In this document: positions 8,805 through 17,413 of the stretch, one piece after another | Position numbering within the stretch: the first letter of the stretch is position 1 | How the letters are laid out: each line of letters opens with the position of its first letter | Assembly (NCBI GenBank): GCA_020721975.1 | Contig: DYLR01000012.1 | Location: 1-27,146 of the forward strand | DNA length: 27,146 nucleotides | Direction of reading: 5' to 3' | Source of the DNA: Blastopirellula marina | GTDB taxonomy: Bacteria > Planctomycetota > Phycisphaerae > Sedimentisphaerales > UBA12454 | The notes under the pieces: generated by a model | Database searches by the model: none | What the model saw: only the letters and a program-made list of their open reading frames with translations | What the model was told of the DNA's origin: nothing | Position numbers and translations under genes: made by a program

Positions 8805-10790
8805 CTACATTCCCGGCATCATTCCGGGCATCATCATACCCGGCATTCCGGGCATACCTTCCATACCGCCCGGCATTGTTCCCGGCTTAGGTATTTCAAA
8901 GCCGCGTCCGGGTGTACCGGCAGGCGTTCTAAATTCCACCGCCGCCTTTACCTTTTCCTGTAAATCTTTATAAGTCTGCAAAACGCTGCTCGGCCAGAAT
9001 CGCTCGCCTATCGCCAGACTTGCAAGCTGTTGAGGATTATAACTGTACACAGCCGAATAGTATTCCTGCTGTTTTAACCCCTTTGACGCATCCCAGTCGT
9101 TCACTTTGATTACATCAACCAGTATCGCACCGGTTGTATAATCAATTTTTTGAGGTTCACTGCTGCCGTAGCCAGAGGCGCCGTCGGATGTCGTGGTTTC
9201 CTCGACATATTTGCCTATCATTTCGCCGCATTTAACCGGGAAATCCTTTGCCGACCATCGACCCAGATGATACTTCATTACCTCGATTGTGGCGGTTTTT
9301 GCAGGGTCGCGCCATTCTTTGGGGAACAGGTGCATTCGCAAAGGCGTTTTAATGGGTTCGGTCGGAACAGAGAATTTGCTCCAGAGTATCACCTCGCTAT
9401 TAAGCTGCTGCTGTTCTTCCACAACATAATTTTTGCCGGCCACCGGATTAAATACGCCCGCACGAATTCTGTACTGATATTCTTTCCCGCTTTCGGTTGT
9501 ATCATCATAAGCCCAGACAACGACCTTTTTGAGATTTTCGAGTTTATTTCTTTCATCCAGTTTCAGGCTTAAAAATTCATTCTCGATTTTCTGTATGCCC
9601 GTTGAGTCAAAATCGCTTTGGCCGGTTCTTTTCGATACAGACGGTTCTGTGCGTCTGATTTGCTCGGCAGGCTGTGTTCGGACTCCGGTCTGACGCGTCG
9701 GCGCGGCAGGCGTCATTCCCCCCGGCCCGCCCATACCCATGCCGGGCATTCCCATTCCGCCCATACCCATATCCGGCATTGCTCCGCCTGTGCCTGTGCC
9801 TCTTATAGATGTTGTACGGGTTTCCCGTGCGGAAGTGCGGCGGTTGCGTTCTTCTATTCTTGCGCGTTTTTCCGCTTCAAGCTGTTCGCGTTTGCGGGCT
9901 TCTTCCTGTTTGGCTATCAGCTCCTCACGGGTTTTCCAGAGTTTCGGGCAAAGCCACTGTGTCCCCGGATATGCGTAATTGTAAACCGCCGGCTGCAAAA
10001 TCTCCTTCTGATACTGCTCGGCGCCGAAACTTATAAGTACTATATCCATATTGACCTTCAGCTCGTCTATGCTGTGCGGCACAGCCAGTTCTTTTTGCAG
10101 GGGAAAATTCCGGGCCTCCGGCACAGGCGCCCACTGACTCCATTGACCGTCTTCGAGCTTTTCCCGTCTTTCAAGCTGAACATCGGCAAATACCGGCCTG
10201 GCATACCGCTCGTCCCGCCATTCCTTGCGCACCGACGCCGCGGCAAAACTTTCCCGGAATTTCCTGGCAATACCCTCAAAATCAACCGTACACTGCACAC
10301 TAACCAGGTCGATATCGTTTAAGTCTGAAGTATCCTGTGAAAACGATGCATTCGGATTCAGCGGGTCGTCGGGTATATGTGTTACTATCTGCACCATTGC
10401 CGCGTGAACGTCGTTCACGTCCGGAATATCCGGCAAGTGATATTTTCTGTCTTCAAGACTTACCGTGCCTTCATCATAATAAGGCAGACTCATCGTTTTT
10501 GACAAATCCACGCCTTTGATGCTTTTGCTGATGTTTTCGGCAAATAATTCGCATTTAGGCACAAAATTTCCGGCTCGATTCGGCTCGCCGCGAATCTGCT
10601 CATAGAGTTTGTCGGCTTTTGTGCTGATATACCGGTCTATTTCGCCCGGGGCGCGAGGCCTGCCGTCAACTTTGACCGCGGGCGCACGAAGCACATTAAA
10701 AAATATTATCACAAGACTGATAATTACCGCTATAGCGATAACCGCCTTATCCAGATATTGTTCAAATATACTGCTTTTTTTTCTGCTCAT
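8805..10790 (-). CDS. Membrane-anchored protein (N-terminal TM helix) with a large extracytoplasmic region, a coiled-coil segment and Met/Gly/Pro-rich tracts. The tracts are an internal MPDMGMGGMGMPGMGMGGPGGM and a C-terminal tail ...MPGGMEGMPGMPGMMMPGMMPGM-stop. It is the third gene of the PilMN-fusion cluster.
   Basis: The 661-aa ORF has a hydrophobic helix at aa ~16-36, a charged coiled coil ELIAKQEEARKREQLEAEKRARIEERNRR, and low-complexity MGP tracts. The DNA carries 9-nt ccgggcat-type repeats at 8808-8900 and 9716-9790. Confidence 0.65.
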   Translation of the reverse strand: MSRKKSSIFEQYLDKAVIAIAVIISLVIIFFNVLRAPAVKVDGRPRAPGEIDRYISTKADKLYEQIRGEPNRAGNFVPKCELFAENISKSIKGVDLSKTMSLPYYDEGTVSLEDRKYHLPDIPDVNDVHAAMVQIVTHIPDDPLNPNASFSQDTSDLNDIDLVSVQCTVDFEGIARKFRESFAAASVRKEWRDERYARPVFADVQLERREKLEDGQWSQWAPVPEARNFPLQKELAVPHSIDELKVNMDIVLISFGAEQYQKEILQPAVYNYAYPGTQWLCPKLWKTREELIAKQEEARKREQLEAEKRARIEERNRRTSARETRTTSIRGTGTGGAMPDMGMGGMGMPGMGMGGPGGMTPAAPTRQTGVRTQPAEQIRRTEPSVSKRTGQSDFDSTGIQKIENEFLSLKLDERNKLENLKKVVVWAYDDTTESGKEYQYRIRAGVFNPVAGKNYVVEEQQQLNSEVILWSKFSVPTEPIKTPLRMHLFPKEWRDPAKTATIEVMKYHLGRWSAKDFPVKCGEMIGKYVEETTTSDGASGYGSSEPQKIDYTTGAILVDVIKVNDWDASKGLKQQEYYSAVYSYNPQQLASLAIGERFWPSSVLQTYKDLQEKVKAAVEFRTPAGTPGRGFEIPKPGTMPGGMEGMPGMPGMMMPGMMPGM

Positions 10791-10868
10791 TTACGTTTAC
10801 TCATCGGTAAAATACCGCAGCGTTTTTCAGCCTGCCGGATGAAACGACGGATTACTCCCTGAAAATTA

Positions 10869-12125
10869 TCATATTCCGGTGTTTTCCGTCGCCGTTTCTG
10901 CCGTCGGCGTTTCCACCGGCTGATTCAGGCTGCTCTTCACTGCGTCAGGTTTTATTTTATCATATCCTGCGCGAACAAAAACATATTCGCAGACGCAGGT
11001 AAGCTCGACCACAGGCTTTTTGCCGTAGCGATAAAGCCGGTGAGCCTCGCTTTCCCTGTCCGCTGCGTAGCTTTGTATGCCCATAACGGTAATCTGATTA
11101 TGCACAAACTGCTTTTCAGGTTCGTCGCCTTTATATCCCCTCCAGACGTGCTTTTTTTCACTGCAAAGCTCGCTGATAAAATTCATAACCTGGTCTGTCT
11201 CGACGACTACACCCACGGCAAAGTGTACTACGTCAATCGTGTCGTTGCACAGCCTTGTTGTCCACGCATCGGCAAGGCCGCCTGTGAAGCTGGTAACATA
11301 TACAGGCATTTGAACCTTCGCCTGCTGCTCGCGTGCCGTGCTTTCCGGTGCAGTTGCCATAATAATGGTGCTTTCAAAACTTACGCCGAGCAGTCTTTTA
11401 ACCGGCGATTCGAGTACGTTTTTGGCCTTGCTGTTAATTTTTATAATCGTATCGGCCAGGTCCTGCTGTATCCACCAGGCCAGTTGTGTGTACCAGCAGT
11501 CCTGCACGGCTGCATCGACCCCGGCATACTGCCAGTCCAGCCAGATCTCATAACCGACAAAGTTATCCGTTCTGGCATAACATTTTATACCCAGCGCCTT
11601 CTGCTTGCACAATTCGTTAATTATTGCCTCGGTATTGTCTGTCTGGTCTGTACCGCCGTATCTGAATGCGTCTCTGGCCGTGCTTTTACTGCCGGTGGCA
11701 AACTCGATTTCCCTGCTTGTGGGAGCTTCACCGGACTGCATTTTCTTAGGCAGCTCTTTAAATGCTTTCAATGCATTTTCGCCAAAATCGCTGAATATCT
11801 GCCGCGAAGTTTCCTGCGGTTTCGGAAAAATTTTATAACTTAAAAGTTCCCTTTGCGTTGTCTGGGCGGCAAGTTCAGCCACTTTATTGGCGTCCTGCGC
11901 GGCTTTATCCTGAATTTCCTGTTCAACCTGCCACTGCTGCATGGATACCGGATTTCTGCTGATAGAATCGATCCTGTCGGCCAGTGAAACGCTTTGCTGC
12001 ATCATTTTGGCCAGTCCGCGTTTACCTGTGAATACCAGCAGTCCCAGCAGTACCGCCACAAGCACAAGACCGGCCGGTATCAGCAGCATAATATTCTTTC
12101 TGATAAAATTTTTTATAAATTTCAT
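10869..12125 (-). CDS. Membrane-anchored protein (N-terminal TM, coiled coil, then a globular domain). By position it is PilO/GspM-like in the cluster, but its function is unknown.
   Basis: The 418-aa ORF has a TM helix LLIPAGLVLVAVLLGLLVF near the N-terminus followed by a Q/E-rich coiled coil. It is co-oriented and tightly spaced with the flanking cluster genes. The plus-strand ORF 11040..11843 is judged an antisense shadow. Confidence 0.55.
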   Translation of the reverse strand: MKFIKNFIRKNIMLLIPAGLVLVAVLLGLLVFTGKRGLAKMMQQSVSLADRIDSISRNPVSMQQWQVEQEIQDKAAQDANKVAELAAQTTQRELLSYKIFPKPQETSRQIFSDFGENALKAFKELPKKMQSGEAPTSREIEFATGSKSTARDAFRYGGTDQTDNTEAIINELCKQKALGIKCYARTDNFVGYEIWLDWQYAGVDAAVQDCWYTQLAWWIQQDLADTIIKINSKAKNVLESPVKRLLGVSFESTIIMATAPESTAREQQAKVQMPVYVTSFTGGLADAWTTRLCNDTIDVVHFAVGVVVETDQVMNFISELCSEKKHVWRGYKGDEPEKQFVHNQITVMGIQSYAADRESEAHRLYRYGKKPVVELTCVCEYVFVRAGYDKIKPDAVKSSLNQPVETPTAETATENTGI

Positions 12126-12140
12126 ATTATGTTAGAGCCT

Positions 12141-14480
12141 TTAAGATTGCGTCTGCTCAGGCATCTGCGGCGCATCCCGCCACAGCAGCTTGATTTTAAT
12201 CCTGAACCATTTGTCGCGCACAATATATTTGGGTTTTTTGAATACGTCATATATCGGATTGCCCTGCTGGTCGAGCTGTACCGACCGGCTGATTTCTTCC
12301 TTTGTCATAGGGTCGATAAGTATTTTTTCAGATGAAATCTGCTCAAAGCCTCTGCCTCTGGTTGAGGTGCTGCCGCGGCCTGTCGCCGGCGAGGTTGCGG
12401 CCGGTGTAGTTTCGCCGTCGGCGACTTTTATATCTTCCACGCCTATGCCTTCGGGCATCGGCACATCAATAGCCACATCCCCTGTCTCAAGCACCCAGTG
12501 AGCCGGCATACCCCTGCCGTAAAGTTCAAAAGGACTGTTGCCGTCGATGAGCTTGTCAAGGTTCGCCAGACGTGTAAGAAATCCCCATTTGCTTTTATTG
12601 TCTCCGACACCTGCGGGGTCAAGCAGCTCATCTATGTCCATATACGGGCTGTATCCTTCGATAACAACTGTAAAGCCCGGTCCGCTTTTCTGGCCCGGCG
12701 CTTCAAGCGACTGATCTGTACTGCCGGAATAACCCTGAGTCTGAATTTTTCTGGCCGATTCTCCGCCTCTGCTGCTGCCTCCGCCGTACCCCCCGGGCGC
12801 CCCCATCGGACCTTCAAAACCGCCAGGCCCCATCATACCTGGACCCATCATACCAGGTCCCATCATACCAGGCACTGCCATACCGCCTCCGGTGGTGCTT
12901 CTGGTTGATTCTCTCGTGGCAGTCTGGCCGAACTGAGCGCTTGCAACATTCGATGCAAAGTTAATTTGAATGCCGGTAACAAATATCTGTTTGCGTTCTT
13001 TCCGGGGTATTGATTTAACAGCCTCAACGTCGCCTTCCGCGAAAGCCTTGTAAAGATTGCTCTGCTGAGGATTGTTTTCCGCGTTCGGCAGACACATTGC
13101 AATGGTCTCGTGAATTTGCGGTATTATCTGGCGGTACTTGAACAAATCGGAATATCTGTTTATTTTCTGCTCATATTCGCTGCGGCGGTTTTGTTCCTGC
13201 TGGAATTTATTTTGTGCCTCCTCGGCCTGACTGAGAATATTTTCAACTCTGCGGCGATACTCCTGCGCATCCTTGCTGTAATAGGCCTTTTTCTCAATTC
13301 CGGTTTTTACCATACTTATCAGCATTGCAGCCACAAGCAGACCGGCCGCTATCACCAGATACAGCGATTTTTGCTTCCACGTCATACTTAGCGCAATTTT
13401 TCGCGGCAAAAGATTCGTTTGCACTTTGGCCAAACCAAGAGCCTGCAGGCCGAGACCATAAGCTATACCCATATCGCAAATGTTTTCGTGCATCTGGGCG
13501 GCAGAAACATTTTCCGCGGGCTTGAGTTTGTCGAATGACTCCGGCTTAATGACGGGAAGCTGGAGCGTTTGCTGCAGGAACTTTATTAAACCCTGCATTT
13601 TGAATCCGCCGCCCATCACGATTACCTTTGTGAAATCCGTCTTTCTGTGGCTGCTGCTGTAAAAGCCTAAACTGCGCTGAATTTCTGCCGAGAAATCCGT
13701 GAACACCGGCCGCATTGAATGGAATATCTGCCGGGCATATTTGCTCATCGGCGCAGTGCGTTTGAGTTTTTCCGCCTTGGCAAAATTCAGCTTAAATGCG
13801 TCGGCCACCGCCCGTGTGAACGAATTTCCGCCAAGCGGTATTGTTCGCTGCCAGACTGTGTTTTGAGTACAGACCACAAGATTGGTGTTCTCCGTACCCA
13901 TATCGAGAATGATTATCGCCTTGCTGTCATCCTGGGGCATGTCGTTACGGTCGTAATGCGCATAATTATAAAGAGCCATCGGCCCCATCTGCACCACCGA
14001 CACCCTGATGCCCTCTGCGCTGAAATTTTCAAGAAAATCGTTGATAAGCTCGTTCTTAATGGCAAAGATTCCAACCTCAGTATCGGGACTGTCCGACTTT
14101 TCCATTATCTGCCAGTCCCACTCGACCTCGTTGATGTCGAACGGTATCTGCTGAACAGCTTCAAATTTAATTATCTCAGGAATGCGTTTTTGCTCGACAG
14201 GCGGAAGTTTGATAAATCTTGCAAAACTGCTCTGGCCCGGCACTGAAATCGCCGCGGGGTCCTTCTTCAGGTCGTTGCGGGCAACAAAGGTACTCATCGT
14301 TTCCTGCATCACCGCGGTCTTTTCCTCCGCGGATACTTCCTCACCGCTGAGCATCTTTGAATGCTCAATATAGTCAAAACCGATTACCTGTACGCCATCC
14401 GCCGTCGGAAGCATACGCAGGGCCTTTAACGAATTACTGCCTATATCGATCGCCCAGACCGACCGCATTGCTGAGGCCAT
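12141..14480 (-). CDS. PilM-like actin-fold ATPase domain fused to a PilN-like TM + coiled-coil segment (GspL-like architecture). A ~400-aa C-terminal extension follows, containing (GPGMM)3 and a distal globular domain.
   Basis: The N-terminus AIDIGSNSLKAL (phosphate-1), IILDMGTENTNLVV and VIVMGGGFKMQGLIKFLQQTL match PilM ATPase-fold motifs. After aa ~360 come a TM helix SLYLVIAAGLLVAAMLISMV and a PilN-like coiled coil. Further on is MAVPGMMGPGMMGPGMMGPGGFEGPMGAPGGYGGG. A GGAAGG SD lies 4 nt upstream of ATG 14480. Confidence 0.75.
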   Translation of the reverse strand: MASAMRSVWAIDIGSNSLKALRMLPTADGVQVIGFDYIEHSKMLSGEEVSAEEKTAVMQETMSTFVARNDLKKDPAAISVPGQSSFARFIKLPPVEQKRIPEIIKFEAVQQIPFDINEVEWDWQIMEKSDSPDTEVGIFAIKNELINDFLENFSAEGIRVSVVQMGPMALYNYAHYDRNDMPQDDSKAIIILDMGTENTNLVVCTQNTVWQRTIPLGGNSFTRAVADAFKLNFAKAEKLKRTAPMSKYARQIFHSMRPVFTDFSAEIQRSLGFYSSSHRKTDFTKVIVMGGGFKMQGLIKFLQQTLQLPVIKPESFDKLKPAENVSAAQMHENICDMGIAYGLGLQALGLAKVQTNLLPRKIALSMTWKQKSLYLVIAAGLLVAAMLISMVKTGIEKKAYYSKDAQEYRRRVENILSQAEEAQNKFQQEQNRRSEYEQKINRYSDLFKYRQIIPQIHETIAMCLPNAENNPQQSNLYKAFAEGDVEAVKSIPRKERKQIFVTGIQINFASNVASAQFGQTATRESTRSTTGGGMAVPGMMGPGMMGPGMMGPGGFEGPMGAPGGYGGGSSRGGESARKIQTQGYSGSTDQSLEAPGQKSGPGFTVVIEGYSPYMDIDELLDPAGVGDNKSKWGFLTRLANLDKLIDGNSPFELYGRGMPAHWVLETGDVAIDVPMPEGIGVEDIKVADGETTPAATSPATGRGSTSTRGRGFEQISSEKILIDPMTKEEISRSVQLDQQGNPIYDVFKKPKYIVRDKWFRIKIKLLWRDAPQMPEQTQS
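12828..12872. repeat. Three perfect or near-perfect tandem 15-bp units (cccatcatacc[tggag]) encoding GPGMM x3 on the minus strand.
   Basis: The units cccatcatacctgga, cccatcataccaggt and cccatcataccaggc are read directly from the sequence. Confidence 0.8.
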
Positions 14481-14612
14481 AATGCCTTCCCCGTTTAACG
14501 ATTTGTCAACTTCCCAACATACGAATTTATCGCCCCGAAAATAAGCCAGGGCTTGTCGTCTTTCATAATTTCACTTGTCTAAAATTCCCAAACTTACTAA
14601 TTATATCAATAT

Positions 14613-15908
14613 ATGATTTTCTATGCCATACATACCTTCGGCTGTAAAGTCAACCAGTACGAGGGACAGCAAATCGCCCAGCTTTGCGATAATTTAGGCC
14701 TAAAAAAGGCCGATAACTGCCAAAATGCCCAAGTCGTTATCGTGCATAGCTGCTGTGTTACCAGTTTGGCATCTGCCAAATGCCGTCAGGCAATAAATCG
14801 AACAAAAAAACTCAGCCCCAATGCCGCGATTATCCTTACCGGATGTCTGCCTAAAGCCAATTTGCCGGAATTGCACAATCTTGGCAATATAAGGCTTGTC
14901 GGCAATATACACAATCTGAATAAAGAAATCAGCGAAATTGTTACCCACCCAGAATTTTATATTAAAACAAAAACTGAACATAAAATCAATGAAAAAAGGG
15001 ATTTGCCGCAATTAGAGCCGCTAAAATCCTTTACCGGCCATACAAGGGCATTCTTGAAGGTTCAGGACGGCTGCGATGGTTTTTGCAGCTACTGCATCGT
15101 GCCGTATGTTCGTAAAAATATCTGGTCGAAACCGCTTACCGATGCGGTAGCAGAAGCGCAACATCTTGTCAGTTCAGGACATAAAGAAATTGTTCTCAGC
15201 GGCATTCATCTTGGCGCCTATGGCCGCAGCAGCGTTATTCGCAAAGGGTGGGATGAAAAGGATAGACTGGCGGAACTCGTCAAAACTGTTGCACAAGTAC
15301 CTGGTCTGGAAAGACTTCGGCTCAGTTCCCTTGAACCCGCTGAACTTAGCGATGCTCTGCTTGATGTAATAGCCAGCTACAAAAATATTATGCCGCACCT
15401 GCACTTGTCTCTCCAGAGCGGGTCTGATACTGTTTTGGAGTCAATGAATCGAAAATATTCCATTGGTGATTTTTTAAAGGTTGTTGAAAAGGCGAAATCA
15501 AGATTGGACAGGCCGGCAATTACAACGGATATTATTGCAGGTTTCCCGACAGAAACCGATGAAAATTTCGAGCAAACAATGAATATAATTGGCCGGGTGG
15601 GTTTTTCGAGAATTCATGTTTTTCCGTATAGTATGCGAAAGGGTACTGCCGCTGAGAAATTTGGGGATACGGTATCTGCCGCTGTAAAGCGGGAAAGAGT
15701 AAATCAGATTAAACAGCTCGGCTCTGAACTTGCCCGGAAATTTGCCGCGAGATTCATAGGCGAAAGGGTAACTGTTTTAGTTGAGGATGAGAAAAATCGC
15801 ACAGGTCTTTGTGAGCGATATTATACTATGAGAGTTCTTGGCAGGCCTGTTCAAAAAGGCCAGATTATCACCGGCACAATCCAGCCGGACGGCTGGTCAA
15901 TTCTTTAA
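14613..15908 (+). CDS. mtaB: Radical-SAM methylthiotransferase of the MiaB/MtaB family, most like MtaB (tRNA t6A37 methylthiotransferase).
   Basis: The N-terminal UPF0004 domain IFYAIHTFGCKVNQYEGQQI resembles MtaB. The radical-SAM CxxxCxxC cluster (GCDGFCSYCIVPY) and a C-terminal TRAM-like region are present. Length is 431 aa. Confidence 0.75.
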   Translation: MIFYAIHTFGCKVNQYEGQQIAQLCDNLGLKKADNCQNAQVVIVHSCCVTSLASAKCRQAINRTKKLSPNAAIILTGCLPKANLPELHNLGNIRLVGNIHNLNKEISEIVTHPEFYIKTKTEHKINEKRDLPQLEPLKSFTGHTRAFLKVQDGCDGFCSYCIVPYVRKNIWSKPLTDAVAEAQHLVSSGHKEIVLSGIHLGAYGRSSVIRKGWDEKDRLAELVKTVAQVPGLERLRLSSLEPAELSDALLDVIASYKNIMPHLHLSLQSGSDTVLESMNRKYSIGDFLKVVEKAKSRLDRPAITTDIIAGFPTETDENFEQTMNIIGRVGFSRIHVFPYSMRKGTAAEKFGDTVSAAVKRERVNQIKQLGSELARKFAARFIGERVTVLVEDEKNRTGLCERYYTMRVLGRPVQKGQIITGTIQPDGWSIL

Positions 15909-16001
15909 CTGGCATTGCTCCAAACCTCGCGAGAATCGCGGGTTAGCTTAAACTTTCCGATTTTTTCGTAAACGCTTTCATAGCACTGCTGTTTTGTTCA
16001 G

Positions 16002-16151
16002 CATGACGCGGTCTGCAAAACGTTTTGGTCTTAATATATTCGCTTACCTTGAAGATGTATTGACAAGATTGCCCGCCCAGCCGGTCAATAGATTACAGGA
16101 ACTATTGCCGGATGAATGGGCCAAGCGTAATAACAAGCCGCAATACAACTA
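16002..16151 (+). mobile_element. Remnant of the C-terminus of an IS66-family transposase (~40-50 aa), not an intact gene.
   Basis: In-frame translation gives ...SAKRFGLNIFAYLEDVLTRLPAQPVNRLQELLPDEWAKRNNKPQYN-stop. This matches the conserved IS66 transposase tail pattern (AKLNGxxPxAYLxDVLxRxxxHPxNRIxELLPWNW) from memory. No upstream transposase body is present. Confidence 0.5.
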
Positions 16152-16245
16152 AACAACTAACACACCTATTTAAAAATCTTGTACCCACACCGGACGCTTA
16201 CGATATTAAAATATCCACAAGACGGTTCGTGTATAAGGAATTTTT

Positions 16246-16299
16246 CTTGTTATTACAAAAAATGGTGTTCTCTTGTAATAAGTGTTTTTCTTATTACAA
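16246..16299. promoter_or_regulatory. Operator-like palindrome set upstream of the Fic gene. TTTTTCTTGTTATTACAA is a direct copy (16241-16258), TTGTAATAA an inverted copy (16273-16281), and TTTTTCTTATTACAAG a direct copy (16285-16300).
   Basis: The 9-mer TTATTACAA occurs twice in direct orientation and once as its reverse complement, within 60 bp immediately 5' of ATG 16324. Confidence 0.35.
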
Positions 16300-16323
16300 G
16301 TTCAATAATAAGGTTTTTTTACG

Positions 16324-16962
16324 ATGAAACGTGCAAGGACAGGGCAATACGTTGCGATATCGACAGTCGGCAAAAAGGTCAAGGCGTTTATTCCTGATGC
16401 GCTGCCGCCTGTACCGGCTCTTGAGATTTCGCCCAATTTGCAGGAATCCATCGACCGTGCGTTATTGGCTCTCGGCAGATTAGACAGCATTTCGATACTT
16501 TTGCCGGACATGTCTTTATTTCTTTATATGTATATCCGCAAGGAAGCTGTGCTATCCTCACAAATTGAAGGTACGCAGTCTTCGCTGTCGGATTTACTCT
16601 TGTTTGAGATTGATGCCGCTCCGGGCGTTCCGCTTGACGATGTGCAGGAAGTATCGAATTATGTTGCTGCGATGAATCACGGCCTAAAGAGGATACGCGA
16701 AGGATTCCCTGTTTCTGTACGGTTAATCAAAGAAATTCACAATGTTCTACTTTCCAGGGGCAGGGGCAGCAACAAAGAGCCTGGGCAGTTCCGCAAAAGC
16801 CAAAACTGGCTCGGCGGTACAATATCTGGCAATACGGTGTTTGTGCCTCCTCCGCCGGGCGAAGTGGCACAGTGTATGAGCGATTTGGAGAAATTTGTTC
16901 ACGATAAACCGCAGAAAATACCCACGCTGATTAAGAGCCTATCGAGCATAGCGCTGAATTGA
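16324..16962 (+). pseudogene. Fic/DOC family protein, 3'-truncated. The N-terminal ~210 aa are present, but the ORF stops just before the HPFx(D/E)GNGR active-site motif.
   Basis: The sequence ...EGTQSSLSDLL...GQFRKSQNWLGG...FVPPPPGEVAQCMSDLEKFVHD...IPTLIKSLSSIALN-stop follows the conserved Fic N-terminal layout. The next expected element (HPFxDGNGR) is absent in all three downstream frames. Confidence 0.55.
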
Positions 16963-17000
16963 AGTTTTTAGCAGGCATTTTTCTGCGCATAAAAAAAGGA

Positions 17001-17062
17001 CTCTGCGTCCCCTTTGCAGAGTCCTAAAAGGTGAAACCTGCACAAGCCCCCCCTGCGAGGTT
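17001..17062. terminator. Two adjacent strong hairpins downstream of the truncated Fic gene: GGACTCTGC-loop-GCAGAGTCC, flanked by A/T runs, and GAAACCT...AGGTTTC.
   Basis: The sequences aaaaaggactctgcgtcccctttgcagagtcctaaaa and gaaacctgcacaagccccccctgcgaggtttc are read directly. The ORF 16968..17162 on the minus strand overlaps them and is judged spurious. Confidence 0.4.
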
Positions 17063-17173
17063 TCAAGCCTGTCATCGGACGGAAAATCAGTAAAGCTGAT
17101 GGGCAGACAGCATAAAGCTGAACATGCTCCTTTAAGTCCGTCACGAAATATTCGGTTTTCAAGTCTGAAAAAT

Positions 17174-17253
17174 TATTTGCAAGCCATCACCGGCTTTTAT
17201 TTTTTTCCCCGCTCACGGAGTCGGTGAGCGGGAAGCACAAGCAACAGGAGGAG
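17174..17253 (+). repeat. Copy 1 of an ~80-bp direct repeat: weak stem + T-tract, then a strong 9-bp hairpin CCCGCTCAC-GGAGTCG-GTGAGCGGG, then a CAGGAGGAG SD-like tail.
   Basis: It is near-identical to 17414-17493, with only a few mismatches in the first ~20 nt, 240 bp away. Confidence 0.7.
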
Positions 17254-17413
17254 AGAAGGAGTCAAAATTTCGTTCAAATCCCGTCGCTGCAAAAAGTCAA
17301 AAGTAAAAGGTCAAAAGTAAAAAGTAATGAAGCCATCCGCAAAAAGCGGATTCCATAGTTTTTATTTCTTCATTTTGACTTTTTACTCCCCGGGCTTATC
17401 CCGGAGGTTTTGC

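Noticed and set aside
8805-8900. MPGM-rich C-terminal tail as a sequencing or assembly artefact of a simple repeat.
   Set aside because: The reading frame stays open through three separate repeat tracts in two genes, and the repeats are imperfect at the DNA level. This argues for genuine coding low-complexity sequence rather than collapse artefacts. It cannot be fully excluded without reads.
9618-10322. 234-aa plus-strand ORF rich in Arg/His/Cys.
   Set aside because: It is antisense to the 661-aa cluster gene. Its composition (R/H/C/S-rich) is typical of a shadow frame on a GC-rich Met/Gly/Pro coding strand.
11040-11843. 267-aa plus-strand ORF.
   Set aside because: It is entirely embedded antisense in the longer 418-aa minus-strand ORF, which has a sensible TM + coiled-coil architecture and operon context.
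13719-14246. 175-aa plus-strand ORF.
   Set aside because: It is antisense to the PilM domain, whose conserved ATPase motifs confirm the minus strand is the coding strand.
8805-14480. Canonical type IV pilus pilMNOPQ operon.
   Set aside because: Only the PilM/PilN parts are recognisable. The downstream proteins lack any secretin C-terminal domain or a lipoprotein PilP-like signature that I can see. No pilin, prepilin peptidase or PilB/PilT ATPase is in the window.
14481-14612. sigma70 promoter for the PilMN-fusion gene using TTGACA at 14504-14509 (minus strand).
   Set aside because: There is no acceptable -10 hexamer at 16-19 nt spacing, so only the SD (GGAAGG) is reported within the CDS evidence.
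16968-17162. 64-aa minus-strand ORF.
   Set aside because: It overlaps two strong hairpins and the repeat-rich tract. There is no supporting signal.
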